Part shown: in pieces, positions 1-9,113 of the stretch
How positions within the stretch are numbered: the first letter of the stretch is position 1
How the letters are laid out: the number at the start of each line of letters is the position of its first letter
NCBI GenBank assembly: GCA_049799535.1
Contig: JBARIB010000697.1
Location: forward strand, 578-64,577
Source: Stellaceae bacterium
GTDB taxonomy: Bacteria; Pseudomonadota; Alphaproteobacteria; ATCC43930; CGMCC-115725
Direction of reading: 5' to 3'
Length of the DNA stretch: 64,000 nucleotides
Program-made: the position numbers and the translations under genes
Notes under the pieces: generated by a model
Seen by the model: the letters and a program-made list of their open reading frames with translations, nothing else
Told to the model about the DNA's origin: nothing
Database searches by the model: none

Positions 1-627
1 GGCGTCATATATATAATGACTCATGATTCGATCGGCTTGGGCGAGGACGGCCCGACGCATCAGCCGGTCGAGCATCTGGCGGCGTTGCGTGCGATACCCG
101 GGCTCTACGTGTATCGCCCTGCCGACCCGGTCGAGACCGCCGAATGCTGGGCATTGGCTCTGCACCGGCGCGACGCGCCCTCCCTGCTGGCCTTGACCCG
201 CCAATCCTTGCCGCTGTTGCGATCCGAAGCGGGCTCGGAGAACCGTTCGGCGCGGGGCGCTTATGTCCTGGCCGAAGCCGATGGCCAGCGACAGGTTACC
301 CTGCTCGCGACCGGCTCCGAAGTCTCCGTCGCAATGGCCGCGCGAGACGCGCTCGCGCGCAACGGGATCCGCGCGGCGGTCGTGTCGATGCCGTGCTGGG
401 AATTGTTCGATCAGGCGCCGGGGGAATACCGGAAGGCCGTGCTCGGCTCGGCGCCGCGCGTCGCAGTTGAGGCCGCCGTCGAGTTCGGGTGGGAGCGCTG
501 GCTCGCGCAGCGCGGCGCTTTTATCGGCATGAAGGGCTTCGGCGCGTCAGCGCCCGGCGAAGCGCTCTTTCCGTATTTCGGCATTACCCCTGAAAAGGTT
601 GCGGAAGCGGCGCGCTCGCTTCTATAG
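1..627 (+). CDS. tkt: transketolase, C-terminal part (5' end lies outside the window)
   Basis: The reading frame is open to the window edge. The translation ...[34 protein letters not shown]... is the conserved transketolase pyrimidine-binding to C-terminal region. It is followed by gap, as in many alphaproteobacteria. Confidence 0.9.
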   Translation, partial: GVIYIMTHDSIGLGEDGPTHQPVEHLAALRAIPGLYVYRPADPVETAECWALALHRRDAPSLLALTRQSLPLLRSEAGSENRSARGAYVLAEADGQRQVTLLATGSEVSVAMAARDALARNGIRAAVVSMPCWELFDQAPGEYRKAVLGSAPRVAVEAAVEFGWERWLAQRGAFIGMKGFGASAPGEALFPYFGITPEKVAEAARSLL

Positions 628-654
628 ATCGGCGACAGTTTGGGAGGACGAGAG

Positions 655-1665
655 ATGGCGATACGCGTTGGCATCAACGGCTTTGGCCGCATCGGCCGGC
701 TGGTTTTGCGGGCAGCTTACGAGCACAAAAACACCGAGGTCGAGGTGGTCGGCATCAACGATCTCGGGCCGGTCGAGACCAACGCGCATCTTCTGCGATA
801 TGACAGCGTGCACGGCCGCTTCCCGGGCGAGGTTACGACCGGGGACAATTGGATGGATGTCGGCCGCGGCAAGATGCGAGTTACCGCAGAACGCGATCCG
901 GCAAAGCTCCCCTGGCGCGAACTCGGCGTCGATGTTGCGCTCGAATGCACCGGCGTCTTCACCAAACGTGAAGCCGCCGCAAAACACCTCGAGGCCGGTG
1001 CCAAGCGCGTCGTCATTTCGGCTCCGGCCGACGGCGCCGACCTGACCGTCGTGTTGGGGGTCAACCAGGAGGAGCTGAAGCCCGAGCACCAGGTCATCTC
1101 GAACGCGTCGTGCACGACCAACTGTCTCGCGCCCGTGGCCTACGTCTTGCACGAAGGGGTTGGCATCGTGCGCGGCTATATGACGACAATCCACGCCTAT
1201 ACTGGCGACCAGAATACGGTCGACACATTGCATCACGACCTGCGCCGTGCCCGCGCTGCGGCCTTGTCGATGATCCCGACCTCGACCGGCGCTGCGCGCG
1301 CCGTCGGCCTCGTGCTGCCGGCGCTCAAGGGCAAGCTCGACGGCACCGCGATCCGCGTGCCGACCGCCAACGTCTCGTTGATCGACCTGACCTTCGACGC
1401 CGCGCGCGAGACCTCGGGCGATGAGGTCAATTCGCTGATGGAGGAGGCCGCCCGTTCGAACCGGCTGCGCGGCATTCTCGGCATCAACAAGGCGCCGACT
1501 GTCTCCGTCGATTTCAACCATGACCCCCACAGCTCGACCTTCGACGTGACCCAGACCCAGGTTCTCGACAAGCGCTTCGTGCGCGTGCTGGCGTGGTACG
1601 ACAACGAGTGGGGCTTCTCGAATAGGATGGTGGAAGTCGCGGGCTATTTCGGTAGCCTTTCATAG
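655..1665 (+). CDS. gap: glyceraldehyde-3-phosphate dehydrogenase (type I)
   Basis: It has the [18 protein letters not shown]-binding N-terminus, the [12 protein letters not shown] active-site motif and the [10 protein letters not shown]-terminus. A GGAGG sits 7 nt upstream of ATG 655, so the ORF-track TTG at 640 is probably too early. Confidence 0.95.
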   Translation: MAIRVGINGFGRIGRLVLRAAYEHKNTEVEVVGINDLGPVETNAHLLRYDSVHGRFPGEVTTGDNWMDVGRGKMRVTAERDPAKLPWRELGVDVALECTGVFTKREAAAKHLEAGAKRVVISAPADGADLTVVLGVNQEELKPEHQVISNASCTTNCLAPVAYVLHEGVGIVRGYMTTIHAYTGDQNTVDTLHHDLRRARAAALSMIPTSTGAARAVGLVLPALKGKLDGTAIRVPTANVSLIDLTFDAARETSGDEVNSLMEEAARSNRLRGILGINKAPTVSVDFNHDPHSSTFDVTQTQVLDKRFVRVLAWYDNEWGFSNRMVEVAGYFGSLS

Positions 1666-1671
1666 TCCCGC

Positions 1672-1751
1672 GGAGATTGCTTCGCTGCGCTCGCAATGAC
1701 AATTCGCGGCTGTCATTGCGAGGAGCGGAGCGGAGCGACGAAGCAATCTCC
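1672..1751. repeat. REP-like imperfect inverted repeat (hairpin element) immediately after gap
   Basis: The left arm is ggagattgcttcgctgcgctcgcaatgaca (1672-1701), the loop is 9 nt, and the right arm is tgtcattgcgag...gaagcaatctcc (1711-1751). The outer 12 nt and inner 12 nt are perfectly complementary. The centre differs (6 nt versus 17 nt), and the right arm carries GGAGC x3. Confidence 0.8.
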
Positions 1752-2186
1752 GGTCGACCCGCCCCTTCTGTCGTCATCGTTCATTCGCTCAGCCATGCCG
1801 TTGCTGCACTGACCGCGGCGTCGCGAGCCGGTCGCGAGATCCTGCTCGCCAGCGCGCCCGACGCCGGCGGCTACACGGGTCCGGGTTGGTTCAAGGCGCT
1901 GGCCGCCGCGGCGCAGGAGGCCGTTCCCGAGGCCCGCTTCTCGGCTCTTCTCGATTGCGGCGATAATGTCGGGGCGGCGCTGGCAGCAATCCGCGCCGAG
2001 GTTGATGGTGTCATCTTTACCGGCCGCGCCGATGTCACCCGCCGCCTTGCCGATATCGCGCGGCAGCATGGCGTGCGTTTCGAGATACTTCGCCCGCGCG
2101 ACGCGCTTGACCTCGGCGAGCATTTCTTCGCGTCGCAGGAAAGCGTCGAGCGGCGTTGCGAAGAGTTTCTCAGAAGAGGGACTTAG
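1677..2186 (+). CDS. hypothetical protein (start uncertain)
   Basis: A 169-aa ORF with GC-rich third codon positions typical of the coding DNA here. I recognised no family. The only canonical start (TTG 1677) lies inside the inverted repeat. Confidence 0.45.
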   Translation: MLRCARNDNSRLSLRGAERSDEAISGRPAPSVVIVHSLSHAVAALTAASRAGREILLASAPDAGGYTGPGWFKALAAAAQEAVPEARFSALLDCGDNVGAALAAIRAEVDGVIFTGRADVTRRLADIARQHGVRFEILRPRDALDLGEHFFASQESVERRCEEFLRRGT

Positions 2187-2659
2187 TGCTGTTCCGAGGA
2201 TTGCCCTCTTGCCACTTCAGCCCGAACGCCGCTGCCCGCCATCAGCATTTCGATCGTAAACGCCGCGATGGCGCTGATCGTGCAGGCGATGGCAAGTCCG
2301 AATGTAGTGAACAACACCGAGGCGACAGTCGAGTTGCGCAACGCCCCGACGAAAAGGGTAAAGACCGATGCGCAAGTGGCGGCCGCTCCGATCGCGCCCA
2401 GCACGACGGCAGCATCGAGGGCGATGGATCGCCAGCGCAGCCGGAGGAGCTGCTCCGCGAGGTCCACGCACTCATCGGGATCGGCCTGTTCCATAGCTCT
2501 GGTGATTTGGGCCACAAGGTCGGCCACTCGCGCCAGCCGGGTCGAGAAGACGTTCAGCAAAGTGGCAATGCCCGACAGCAGGAAAATCGGCGTCAATGCC
2601 ACCTGGATGACATGGGCAACCAAGTCGAGCGACGAGTCGGGATTGAGCAGGCCGGGCAT
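2183..2659 (-). CDS. DUF2721-like membrane protein
   Basis: I trimmed the 259-aa ORF to the internal Met (MPGLLNPDSSLDLVAHVIQVALTPIFLLSGIATLLNVFSTRLARV...). It has three hydrophobic segments. The ATG at 2659 lies 1 nt after the stop of the upstream beta-glucosidase gene (2661-2663). Confidence 0.65.
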   Translation of the reverse strand: MPGLLNPDSSLDLVAHVIQVALTPIFLLSGIATLLNVFSTRLARVADLVAQITRAMEQADPDECVDLAEQLLRLRWRSIALDAAVVLGAIGAAATCASVFTLFVGALRNSTVASVLFTTFGLAIACTISAIAAFTIEMLMAGSGVRAEVARGQSSEQH

Positions 2660-2660
2660 A

Positions 2661-3998
2661 TTACTCCCGCTCGAGCGGGGCACCGTGGGCGAGCTCAGAA
2701 TAGAAGTGGAAGGAATCTTTCGGCCGACGCTCGAGGGTCTCGAAGTCGACGTGGACGAGACCGAATCTTCGGCTGTAACCGAAGGTCCACTCGAAATTGT
2801 CGAGCAGGGACCACGCGAAATAACCGCGCACCGGCACCCCAGCGGCAATCGCGTCGAGCACGGCCCCGAGATAGCCGCGCAGATAGTTGATCCGCTGCTC
2901 GTCGCGGATCCGCCCGTCCGCGTCGATCCGATCCGGAAACGCAGCGCCGTTCTCGAGAACATAGATCGGCAGATCGCCGCCGTAGCGCTCTTTCGCTTCG
3001 ATCATAACCTGGCGGAAAACATCGGGTGCGATCTCCCAACCCATCTCGGTGACCGGCGTTCCCGGCTCCGGCGGGATGGTGCCGACCTCGAAGGGGTGGT
3101 CCGGGTCTCGGCGCACACGCGATCGCGTATAGTGGTTGAAGGCAAAATAATCGAGTTTCTGTTTCACGAGATCGAGGTCACCGGGCTGCACCAAGTCCTC
3201 GATTTCGGCGGCGAGCGGCTCGGGGTAAGCACCCAGGATCTGCGGGTCGGGAAAGGATCGGTTCCACAGCGCGTCGAGCATGAGCGCCGCGCTCTCGTCT
3301 TCTTCGCGCTCGCTTGCCGGCTCCCGCGGGTGAAAATTGTAAATGTTGCCGATCAGCAGATCCGAGCGTTCCGAGCGCATCGCTTCAACCCCCAGCCCAT
3401 GCGCCAGATTCATCACATGGATCGCTCTCAACGCGCTGTCCCGGCCGCGAATTCCCGGGGCGTGCTTGCCTTCGCAATAGCCAAGCACGCTCGCGGCGTT
3501 CGGCTCGTTGAAGGTTGCCCAATGCTTGACCCGATCGCCGAGCCGCCGCGCCGTTACGGCGGCATACTCCGCGAACCAGGAAGCGACATCTCGGTTCTGC
3601 CAGCCTCCGCGATATTCGAGGGCTTGCGGCAGATCCCAGTGGTAGAGGCAGATCCAGGGCTCGATGCCACCTTCCAATACGGCGTCGACAAGACGGTCGT
3701 AGAATTCGAGGCCTTTGACGTTCACACTGCCTCTGCCCTCGGGAAGAATCCGCGGCCAGGCGGCGGACAGACGATACGCACCGATGCCGAGCTCACGCAT
3801 CAGCGCGACATCTTCAGGCCAACGATGGTAGTGGTCGCAGGCGATGTCACCGGTGCCGTCGTCGAGGATGTTCCCGGGCTGATGACTGAAAACGTCCCAG
3901 ATCGACGGCCCCCGCTCGTCCTCTTTGCCCGCACCCTCGATTTGATATGCCGAAGTCGACGCGCCCCAGAGAAACCCCTCGGGAAAGTTCTCTGTCAT
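2661..3998 (-). CDS. GH1 family beta-glucosidase
   Basis: A 445-aa protein with FLWGASTSAYQIEG at the N-terminus, the TFNEPN acid/base motif, the YVLENGAAF nucleophile motif and a WSLLDNFEW tail. Confidence 0.93.
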   Translation of the reverse strand: MTENFPEGFLWGASTSAYQIEGAGKEDERGPSIWDVFSHQPGNILDDGTGDIACDHYHRWPEDVALMRELGIGAYRLSAAWPRILPEGRGSVNVKGLEFYDRLVDAVLEGGIEPWICLYHWDLPQALEYRGGWQNRDVASWFAEYAAVTARRLGDRVKHWATFNEPNAASVLGYCEGKHAPGIRGRDSALRAIHVMNLAHGLGVEAMRSERSDLLIGNIYNFHPREPASEREEDESAALMLDALWNRSFPDPQILGAYPEPLAAEIEDLVQPGDLDLVKQKLDYFAFNHYTRSRVRRDPDHPFEVGTIPPEPGTPVTEMGWEIAPDVFRQVMIEAKERYGGDLPIYVLENGAAFPDRIDADGRIRDEQRINYLRGYLGAVLDAIAAGVPVRGYFAWSLLDNFEWTFGYSRRFGLVHVDFETLERRPKDSFHFYSELAHGAPLERE

Positions 3999-4076
3999 GT
4001 TGTCCTCTGTTTGAGCGGCCCCAATGCGGGCAGAGCCGCTCCCGTGATCCCTTCTCCGTCCGTTACTAATCGCTCT

Positions 4077-4784
4077 TCAGGCGTAGAGTTCCGGCGGCAA
4101 CCGCGGCGCTGCTCGTCCGCGCGCGTGCAGGTAAGATTGCCAAAAAAGACAGGCCGCAACTGAGCGCCACGGTCGCCATGCCTCGCCGCGGCGGCGCAAT
4201 TCGAGTTCGGTGAGGCGCGACCCGTGATCCAGCTGTTCACCGACAGCAACCTGCAGACCGAGGTCTGCGGCCGGCCAGATGTCCGACCGCCCGAGCGCAA
4301 AGAGGAGATAGATTTCGGCGCTCCAGCGCCCGATTCCTCTAATAGCCAGCAACTCCGCCAGCGCGCTATCGTCCTCTGTTGCGGCAAGCCGGGAAAAATC
4401 GAAGTGTCCTGCAGCTACAGCGACGGCGAGATCGCGCGCATATCCCATCTTCTGGCGGCTGAAGCCGCATGAACGGAGCATCGAGTCGTCGAGAGCGAGG
4501 AACATGGCAGGGCTTAAGGGGCGGCACAGACCGACCAATCTTTGGTACATCGCCGCCGCAGCGTCGATCGAAACCTGTTGTTCGAGAATGATGTGCAGTA
4601 AGGTGCCAAAGCCGTTGCGACGGCGCCGAAACTGCGGCGGCCCAGCCTTCGCTAATATCTTTACGAACACCGGTTCGGACGCGAGCGCCGCGATGCCGTC
4701 GGCGAGACCGTGCGGCGCATACAGCACGTTCGCGTCCTCATCGCGCCAGGGGGCTCGGGGCTCCAGCCCCGATTGCTGCTCCAT
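4077..4784 (-). CDS. DNA-3-methyladenine glycosylase II family (HhH-GPD) protein
   Basis: It carries the HhH-GPD signature ...LLAIRGIGRWSAEIYLLFALGRSDIWPAADLGLQ.... Its length (235 aa) fits AlkA-like/Mag enzymes. Confidence 0.8.
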   Translation of the reverse strand: MEQQSGLEPRAPWRDEDANVLYAPHGLADGIAALASEPVFVKILAKAGPPQFRRRRNGFGTLLHIILEQQVSIDAAAAMYQRLVGLCRPLSPAMFLALDDSMLRSCGFSRQKMGYARDLAVAVAAGHFDFSRLAATEDDSALAELLAIRGIGRWSAEIYLLFALGRSDIWPAADLGLQVAVGEQLDHGSRLTELELRRRGEAWRPWRSVAACLFWQSYLHARGRAAPRLPPELYA

Positions 4785-4857
4785 GTCGATCCGCCCTTAG
4801 CCGCAACTCCTGTTATGGCATAGTGGCAATCGAGCCTCTAGCGATCATGAGTGTAGG

Positions 4858-5391
4858 GTGCAGGTTGCTCGCCGGATCATGACGCCGCTGGCCACAACTA
4901 TGGTGGCCCTTGTGGTAGTCGGACTCGCAGTGCGGATCTATATGGGTCGGGAGGGCGAGGATCGCCTCGCGCAAGGTGAAGCTGTTGAGATCGCGTCATT
5001 GCGCTCGCCGCTCCCAAAAGCCAGTTTTCTCGCCTGTCCTCCCGGTTATTGCGTGGCCTCAGAAGCAATCAGCAGTCCTGTGTTCGATCTGTCATGGGAC
5101 CGTCTGCGTGACTATTGGGCAGAGATAATGGGCCACGAGAAGCGTATTATGAATGTTGTAGCAGATCCAGAAAACCGTCGGTTCGCCTACATTCAGCATT
5201 CCGTCACCTTTCGGTTTCCCGATGTCGTAACGGTAGAGTTCGTTCAGTTCGGGGCGAACCATTCCGGCATCGCGATCTACAGCCGATCACGCTACGGTCA
5301 ATTCGATTTTGGGAAGAACCGCAAGCGGGTCGAGAGATGGCTCGTTCTGCTCCAAAAGGTTGCGGTCCCCTGGCACAGGGCTGGGGCTTGA
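4858..5391 (+). CDS. DUF1499 domain protein
   Basis: It has an N-terminal TM segment. The C-terminal ...TFRFPDVVTVEFV...IAIYSRSRYGQFDFGKNRKRVERWL pattern is typical of DUF1499. Confidence 0.7.
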   Translation: MQVARRIMTPLATTMVALVVVGLAVRIYMGREGEDRLAQGEAVEIASLRSPLPKASFLACPPGYCVASEAISSPVFDLSWDRLRDYWAEIMGHEKRIMNVVADPENRRFAYIQHSVTFRFPDVVTVEFVQFGANHSGIAIYSRSRYGQFDFGKNRKRVERWLVLLQKVAVPWHRAGA

Positions 5392-5408
5392 TGTCGCCGT
5401 CCGGCTGC

Positions 5409-6218
5409 TTATCGTTCCCAGAGGCTGCGCGATCGGCTGAACCGGCGGCCCGCTTGCGGGACTGAGCCGCGGCGAGATCCTCTATAGCCGACATGCGCGA
5501 CTGCCGGCGACGAGGCGAATGCCGGGCTGCGCTGAGGCTGCAGCAATGATACCCCGCTTGGCCGCAATACGATCACCAGGATCAGACCACTGACGAAACC
5601 GCCGACATGCGCCCAGAACGCCACGCCCGGCCTGTTGGGAGCGGTTATCAGCCCGCTCATCAGCTGCATGGCGAACCATAGACCGAGCATCATCCAAGCC
5701 GGGACGTTGACGATCCGAAAGAAGATGATAACCCAGACAAAGCAGCGAACGTTGGCGGCCGGGTGGAGCAGAATGTACGCCCCGAGGACACCGGCGATCG
5801 CGCCGCTCGCCCCCACCATCGGGATGTGAGAGGCGGGGTTTGCAAGAGCCTGGGTGAGCGCGGCCACGATACCGCAACTCAAATAGAAGAAAAGATAACG
5901 CCCCCGTCCGAGTACGTCCTCCACATTGTTCCCAAAGATCCACAAGTAGAGCATATTGCCGAGCAAATGTGCCCACCCCCCGTGCAGAAACATGCTGGTT
6001 AGCATTGTCGCCCAGGGTGGGATGACCTGGTAGATCCGCGGCGGACGCCAAAAGCCGAAAAGCTCGGCGGGGACCATGCCGTAAGTGTATAAAATCAAGC
6101 GCCCGTTGTGACCGAGCTGCCAAAGAAATACGCCGACGCACAACCCGATTAGGAAATAAGTGGCAACCGCCGCCCTGGCCGTCGGATTATCATCGTAGAG
6201 TGGGACGGCGAATATCAT
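5409..6218 (-). CDS. rhomboid family intramembrane serine protease
   Basis: It is polytopic, with FLHGGWAHLLGNMLYLWIFG, the GASGAIAGVLGAY catalytic-Ser motif and the HVGGFVSG catalytic-His motif. Confidence 0.88.
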   Translation of the reverse strand: MIFAVPLYDDNPTARAAVATYFLIGLCVGVFLWQLGHNGRLILYTYGMVPAELFGFWRPPRIYQVIPPWATMLTSMFLHGGWAHLLGNMLYLWIFGNNVEDVLGRGRYLFFYLSCGIVAALTQALANPASHIPMVGASGAIAGVLGAYILLHPAANVRCFVWVIIFFRIVNVPAWMMLGLWFAMQLMSGLITAPNRPGVAFWAHVGGFVSGLILVIVLRPSGVSLLQPQRSPAFASSPAVAHVGYRGSRRGSVPQAGRRFSRSRSLWER

Positions 6219-6253
6219 ACCGTGGCCCGCGAGCCTGCGGGCCTAAAGTCAGA

Positions 6254-7024
6254 TCACGAGCCGATGAGGCCGAGCTGCGGGCTCGACGGCTCGGCGAAAC
6301 GCCGCTCGGGGATACGGCCAGCCAAGTGAGCAAGGCGGCCGCCCTCGACCGCGGCACGCATGGCCGCTGCCATCCGGCGCGGATCATGGGACTTGGCAAT
6401 GGCGGTGTTGACAAGCACCGCGTCGCAACCAAGCTCCATCGCAAGAGCAGCGTCCGAGGCCGTGCCGATCCCGGCATCGAGCACGACGGGGACGGGACTG
6501 CGCGAACAGATCAGCTCTATGGCTGCCGGGTTCGTTATCCCCATGCCCGAGCCGATGAGGGATCCAAGCGGCATGACCGCGGCGCAACCTACATCGGCGA
6601 GCTTTCGACAGGTCACCGGATCCTCGTTGCAGTAGGGCAGCACCGTGAAGCCGCTTCGCACCAGTTCGTCGGCTGCACGCAGCAGCTGTTCGACATCGGG
6701 GTAAAGGGTTTCACGATCACCGATCAGCTCGAGCTTGATCCAAGGCGTGTCGAGGGCCTCACGCGCAAGCTCTGCGGTCAGGACCGCGTCGCGCACCGTG
6801 GCGCAGCCAGCAGTATTCGGCAGCAGCCGGAAGCGGCCGCCAAGCACGTCGACCAAGCTCTCGCCGTAGCCTTCCAGGCTAATCCGCCGGATCGATACTG
6901 TGACGATTTCCGCCCCACTTGCCTCCAGGCAGTCGAGAAGCACCTGCTGGTTCGGATACCCCGCGGTGCCGACGAAGAGCCGCGAGGAGAGCGCTGTGCC
7001 GGCGACGAGAAAAGGATCGGTCAT
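6254..7024 (-). CDS. thiG: thiazole synthase ThiG
   Basis: The protein reads [25 protein letters not shown]...[14 protein letters not shown]...[10 protein letters not shown], which is typical ThiG. I chose the internal ATG at 7024 because the 281-aa ORF-track form has an atypical N-terminal extension. Confidence 0.9.
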   Translation of the reverse strand: MTDPFLVAGTALSSRLFVGTAGYPNQQVLLDCLEASGAEIVTVSIRRISLEGYGESLVDVLGGRFRLLPNTAGCATVRDAVLTAELAREALDTPWIKLELIGDRETLYPDVEQLLRAADELVRSGFTVLPYCNEDPVTCRKLADVGCAAVMPLGSLIGSGMGITNPAAIELICSRSPVPVVLDAGIGTASDAALAMELGCDAVLVNTAIAKSHDPRRMAAAMRAAVEGGRLAHLAGRIPERRFAEPSSPQLGLIGS

Positions 7025-7144
7025 TCGATATAGTCCTGAAAAGATTCTGGTATCGGCTTCGAACGCCCCACGCCCGTCCGTCCCCCGGCTGGGGCACAAC
7101 GGTCTCGTCGAGAACAGACCTTCGATTTGCGATCGACCATTAAA

Positions 7145-7351
7145 TCAACCGCCGGAAAAAGGCCGCACGATTTCAACGTCGTCACCGCGCGTGAGTGATT
7201 TTGTATCCCACTCCGAACGATGCACGACAGATCCATTGACGGCGATAGCGAGGAAGCGGGCAGCGGGGTCGACACCAAGAGCAATGAGCAAATCCTTGAT
7301 CGTCGCGACGGCAATCTCTTCGTCTACGCCATTGATCCTGATCCGCGTCAT
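7145..7351 (-). CDS. thiS: sulfur carrier protein ThiS
   Basis: A 68-aa protein ending in ...VEIVRPFSGG (C-terminal GG). It lies between thiO and thiG, and its ATG overlaps the thiO stop by 4 nt. Confidence 0.9.
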   Translation of the reverse strand: MTRIRINGVDEEIAVATIKDLLIALGVDPAARFLAIAVNGSVVHRSEWDTKSLTRGDDVEIVRPFSGG

Positions 7352-8547
7352 AGACTCTCTGCCGCGAGCTTCGCGTCTGTTCTGGGCGCAGGGGGACTAG
7401 ATCGCTGGCTGAAACGTCCCGGTGTGAACGCCTCTACGGCATCAGGCAGACGGCCCGTCAAAATGTAGAGGCTAACCGCCTTGGCCGTTATTGGCGCCAG
7501 CAAGATCCCGTTGCGATGATGCCCGGTCGCCACGACGAGCCCTTCGATGGCGGTAGGGCCGAGTATCGGCGCGTCATCTCTCGAACCCGGGCGAAAGCCG
7601 ACCCAAGTCTCTGCAACCGGAAGCTCCTCGATGGCCGGCACCGCACGCCATGCGCCTTCGATAAGCCCCAACAAGCCGCCGGCCGTGATCGTTTCGTCAA
7701 ATCCGCGCTCTTCAACCGTGGCACCGACCAAAAGGCGTCCATCCTGACGGGGCACAAGATAGCCTCGGGGAAGCCATACAACATGCCTCAGCAGGGGCGC
7801 GTCCGGGTCCATTTGCAGAGCGAGCATTTGGCCTTTGATCGGCCGCACCGGAGGGAGGTGAACGGAGGGGATGCCGGAGATCGTGCGCGACCAAGCCCCG
7901 GCCGCGAGCACGACGACATCTGCTGGATCGCGTCCGTGCTCGGTCGCGACGCCCCGGACGCGCTCGTCGACAATTTCGACTTCACGGACTGGGTTGTGCT
8001 CGCGGAGGACAGCACCAGCATGACGCGCAGCCCTGGCGAGCATTCTACCAAGCCGGCGGTTCTCCACTTGGTGATCGCCCGGGCTGAAAACCGCGGCTGG
8101 AATTCCCGGGCGCAAGTGCGGCTCCCTACGCCGGGCTTCCACCCCGGAAAGCCATTGGAGCTCAAGGCCGAGGCTCTTTTGAAAGTCAAACGTAAAACGC
8201 AACTGTTCGGCGTCATCGCGGGTGAGCGCCACGACGATCGTCCCCTCGTCTCGGTAGCCGAGGGAGGTCCCGTTCGCTGCTTCGAGTTCATCGGCGAAAG
8301 CGGGCCACATTCGCTGACTTTCGCGAGTCAGCGCCAGGAGCCTTTCTTCGCCAGGCTCGGTCTCGACCGCTGCGGCTAGCATTCCGGCAGCGGCCCAGCT
8401 CGCTCCATGGCCCGCTTCGCCGCGATCGTACACGGTCACTGGGCAACCCGCCTGAGCGAGGCGCCAAGCTATACTCAACCCCACTACTCCGGCGCCGATG
8501 ATGACGGTTTTCGGACGCGGCGACGATGCGATGATTGAAACGGTAAT
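7348..8547 (-). CDS. thiO: glycine oxidase ThiO (FAD-dependent); 5' end uncertain
   Basis: It has the KTVIIGAGVVGLSIAWRLAQAG dinucleotide-binding fold and DAO-family features, and sits upstream of thiS/thiG. The ORF-track start (8640) would place the TPP riboswitch inside the CDS. No ATG, GTG or TTG exists between the riboswitch and the Rossmann motif. I provisionally take ATT at 8547, 6 nt after GGGAG. Confidence 0.8.
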   Translation of the reverse strand: MTVSIIASSPRPKTVIIGAGVVGLSIAWRLAQAGCPVTVYDRGEAGHGASWAAAGMLAAAVETEPGEERLLALTRESQRMWPAFADELEAANGTSLGYRDEGTIVVALTRDDAEQLRFTFDFQKSLGLELQWLSGVEARRREPHLRPGIPAAVFSPGDHQVENRRLGRMLARAARHAGAVLREHNPVREVEIVDERVRGVATEHGRDPADVVVLAAGAWSRTISGIPSVHLPPVRPIKGQMLALQMDPDAPLLRHVVWLPRGYLVPRQDGRLLVGATVEERGFDETITAGGLLGLIEGAWRAVPAIEELPVAETWVGFRPGSRDDAPILGPTAIEGLVVATGHHRNGILLAPITAKAVSLYILTGRLPDAVEAFTPGRFSQRSSPPAPRTDAKLAAESL

Positions 8548-8551
8548 AATG

Positions 8552-8650
8552 GACTCCCTTCGCCGGGCGCACCCGGCCAGGTTCAGTGGGTCTGATCTCA
8601 GCCGGTTGCCGTGCAGGAATCGCGAGCGGGCAACCAGCACCCCAGCCTGG
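8552..8650 (-). promoter_or_regulatory. TPP (THI-box) riboswitch upstream of thiOSG
   Basis: The minus strand reads ctGGGGTGCtggttgcccgctcgcgattcctgcacggcaaccgGCTGAGAtcagACCCactGAACCTGgccgggtgcgcccggCGAAGGGAgtc. It contains the conserved GGGGUGC, CUGAGA, ACCC..GAACCUG and GCGAAGGGA blocks. The 3' GGGAG doubles as the likely SD. Confidence 0.88.
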
Positions 8651-8739
8651 CGTCAATTTCGGGCCAAGCCCTTGCCAATGCAAGAGCTTTGTTATGCGCA
8701 TTCCTGCGCCACTACGCGAGTCACTGCCCGCCCACAATT

Positions 8740-9090
8740 TTAAATAGCAACTTCAACATATGTTGCTCGAATGCTATCGTAGGGCATGGTTTCTAGCACC
8801 AGATAGGCAATCCGCTGTTCTGCCGTGCTCCGTCCGAGCAGCGACAGACGGATATCCATTCGCTGCTCTTCCCCGACACGAGCCTGCAGGAGGCTTGGGG
8901 CCAGCTCCGGGTGGCCGCTGAAGAGCTCGGCAAAGCCGTGCCCCTGAAGGACGCAAAGTGTCCGTGGCGTAATCACAAGGACCGAGTGTTTGATCCTGCC
9001 CAGCAGTCGCCGAGGCAAGCCCGATCGTGTCTCCGGACAGCACTACATTTGGGCAGCCGTAATTTCGGCGTCAGGAAATTGCGACGGTCT
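8740..9090 (-). pseudogene. remnant of a Crp/Fnr-family regulator gene (truncated and frameshifted)
   Basis: One frame gives ...VVLSGDTIGL..., which is the cNMP-binding beta-roll style (PGD.IG). A second frame gives ...RTLCVLQGHGFAELFSGHPELAPSLLQARVGEEQRMDIRLSLLGRSTAEQRIAYLVLE and then stops before any HTH. Both the N-terminal part and the DNA-binding domain are missing. Confidence 0.45.
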
Positions 9091-9113
9091 CTATTTCTGT
9101 GATTCGGTCGACA

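Noticed and set aside
2268-4163. A 631-aa ORF on the plus strand spanning the bgl/DUF2721 region.
   Set aside because: It is antisense to a GH1 gene with unmistakable catalytic motifs. Its translation is Arg/Ala/Pro/Ser-rich with no recognisable domain. Long antisense ORFs of this kind are a typical high-GC artefact.
7348-8640. The full 430-aa ORF-track version of thiO starting at ATG 8640.
   Set aside because: It would translate through the entire TPP aptamer. The N-terminal 30 residues are not ThiO-like.
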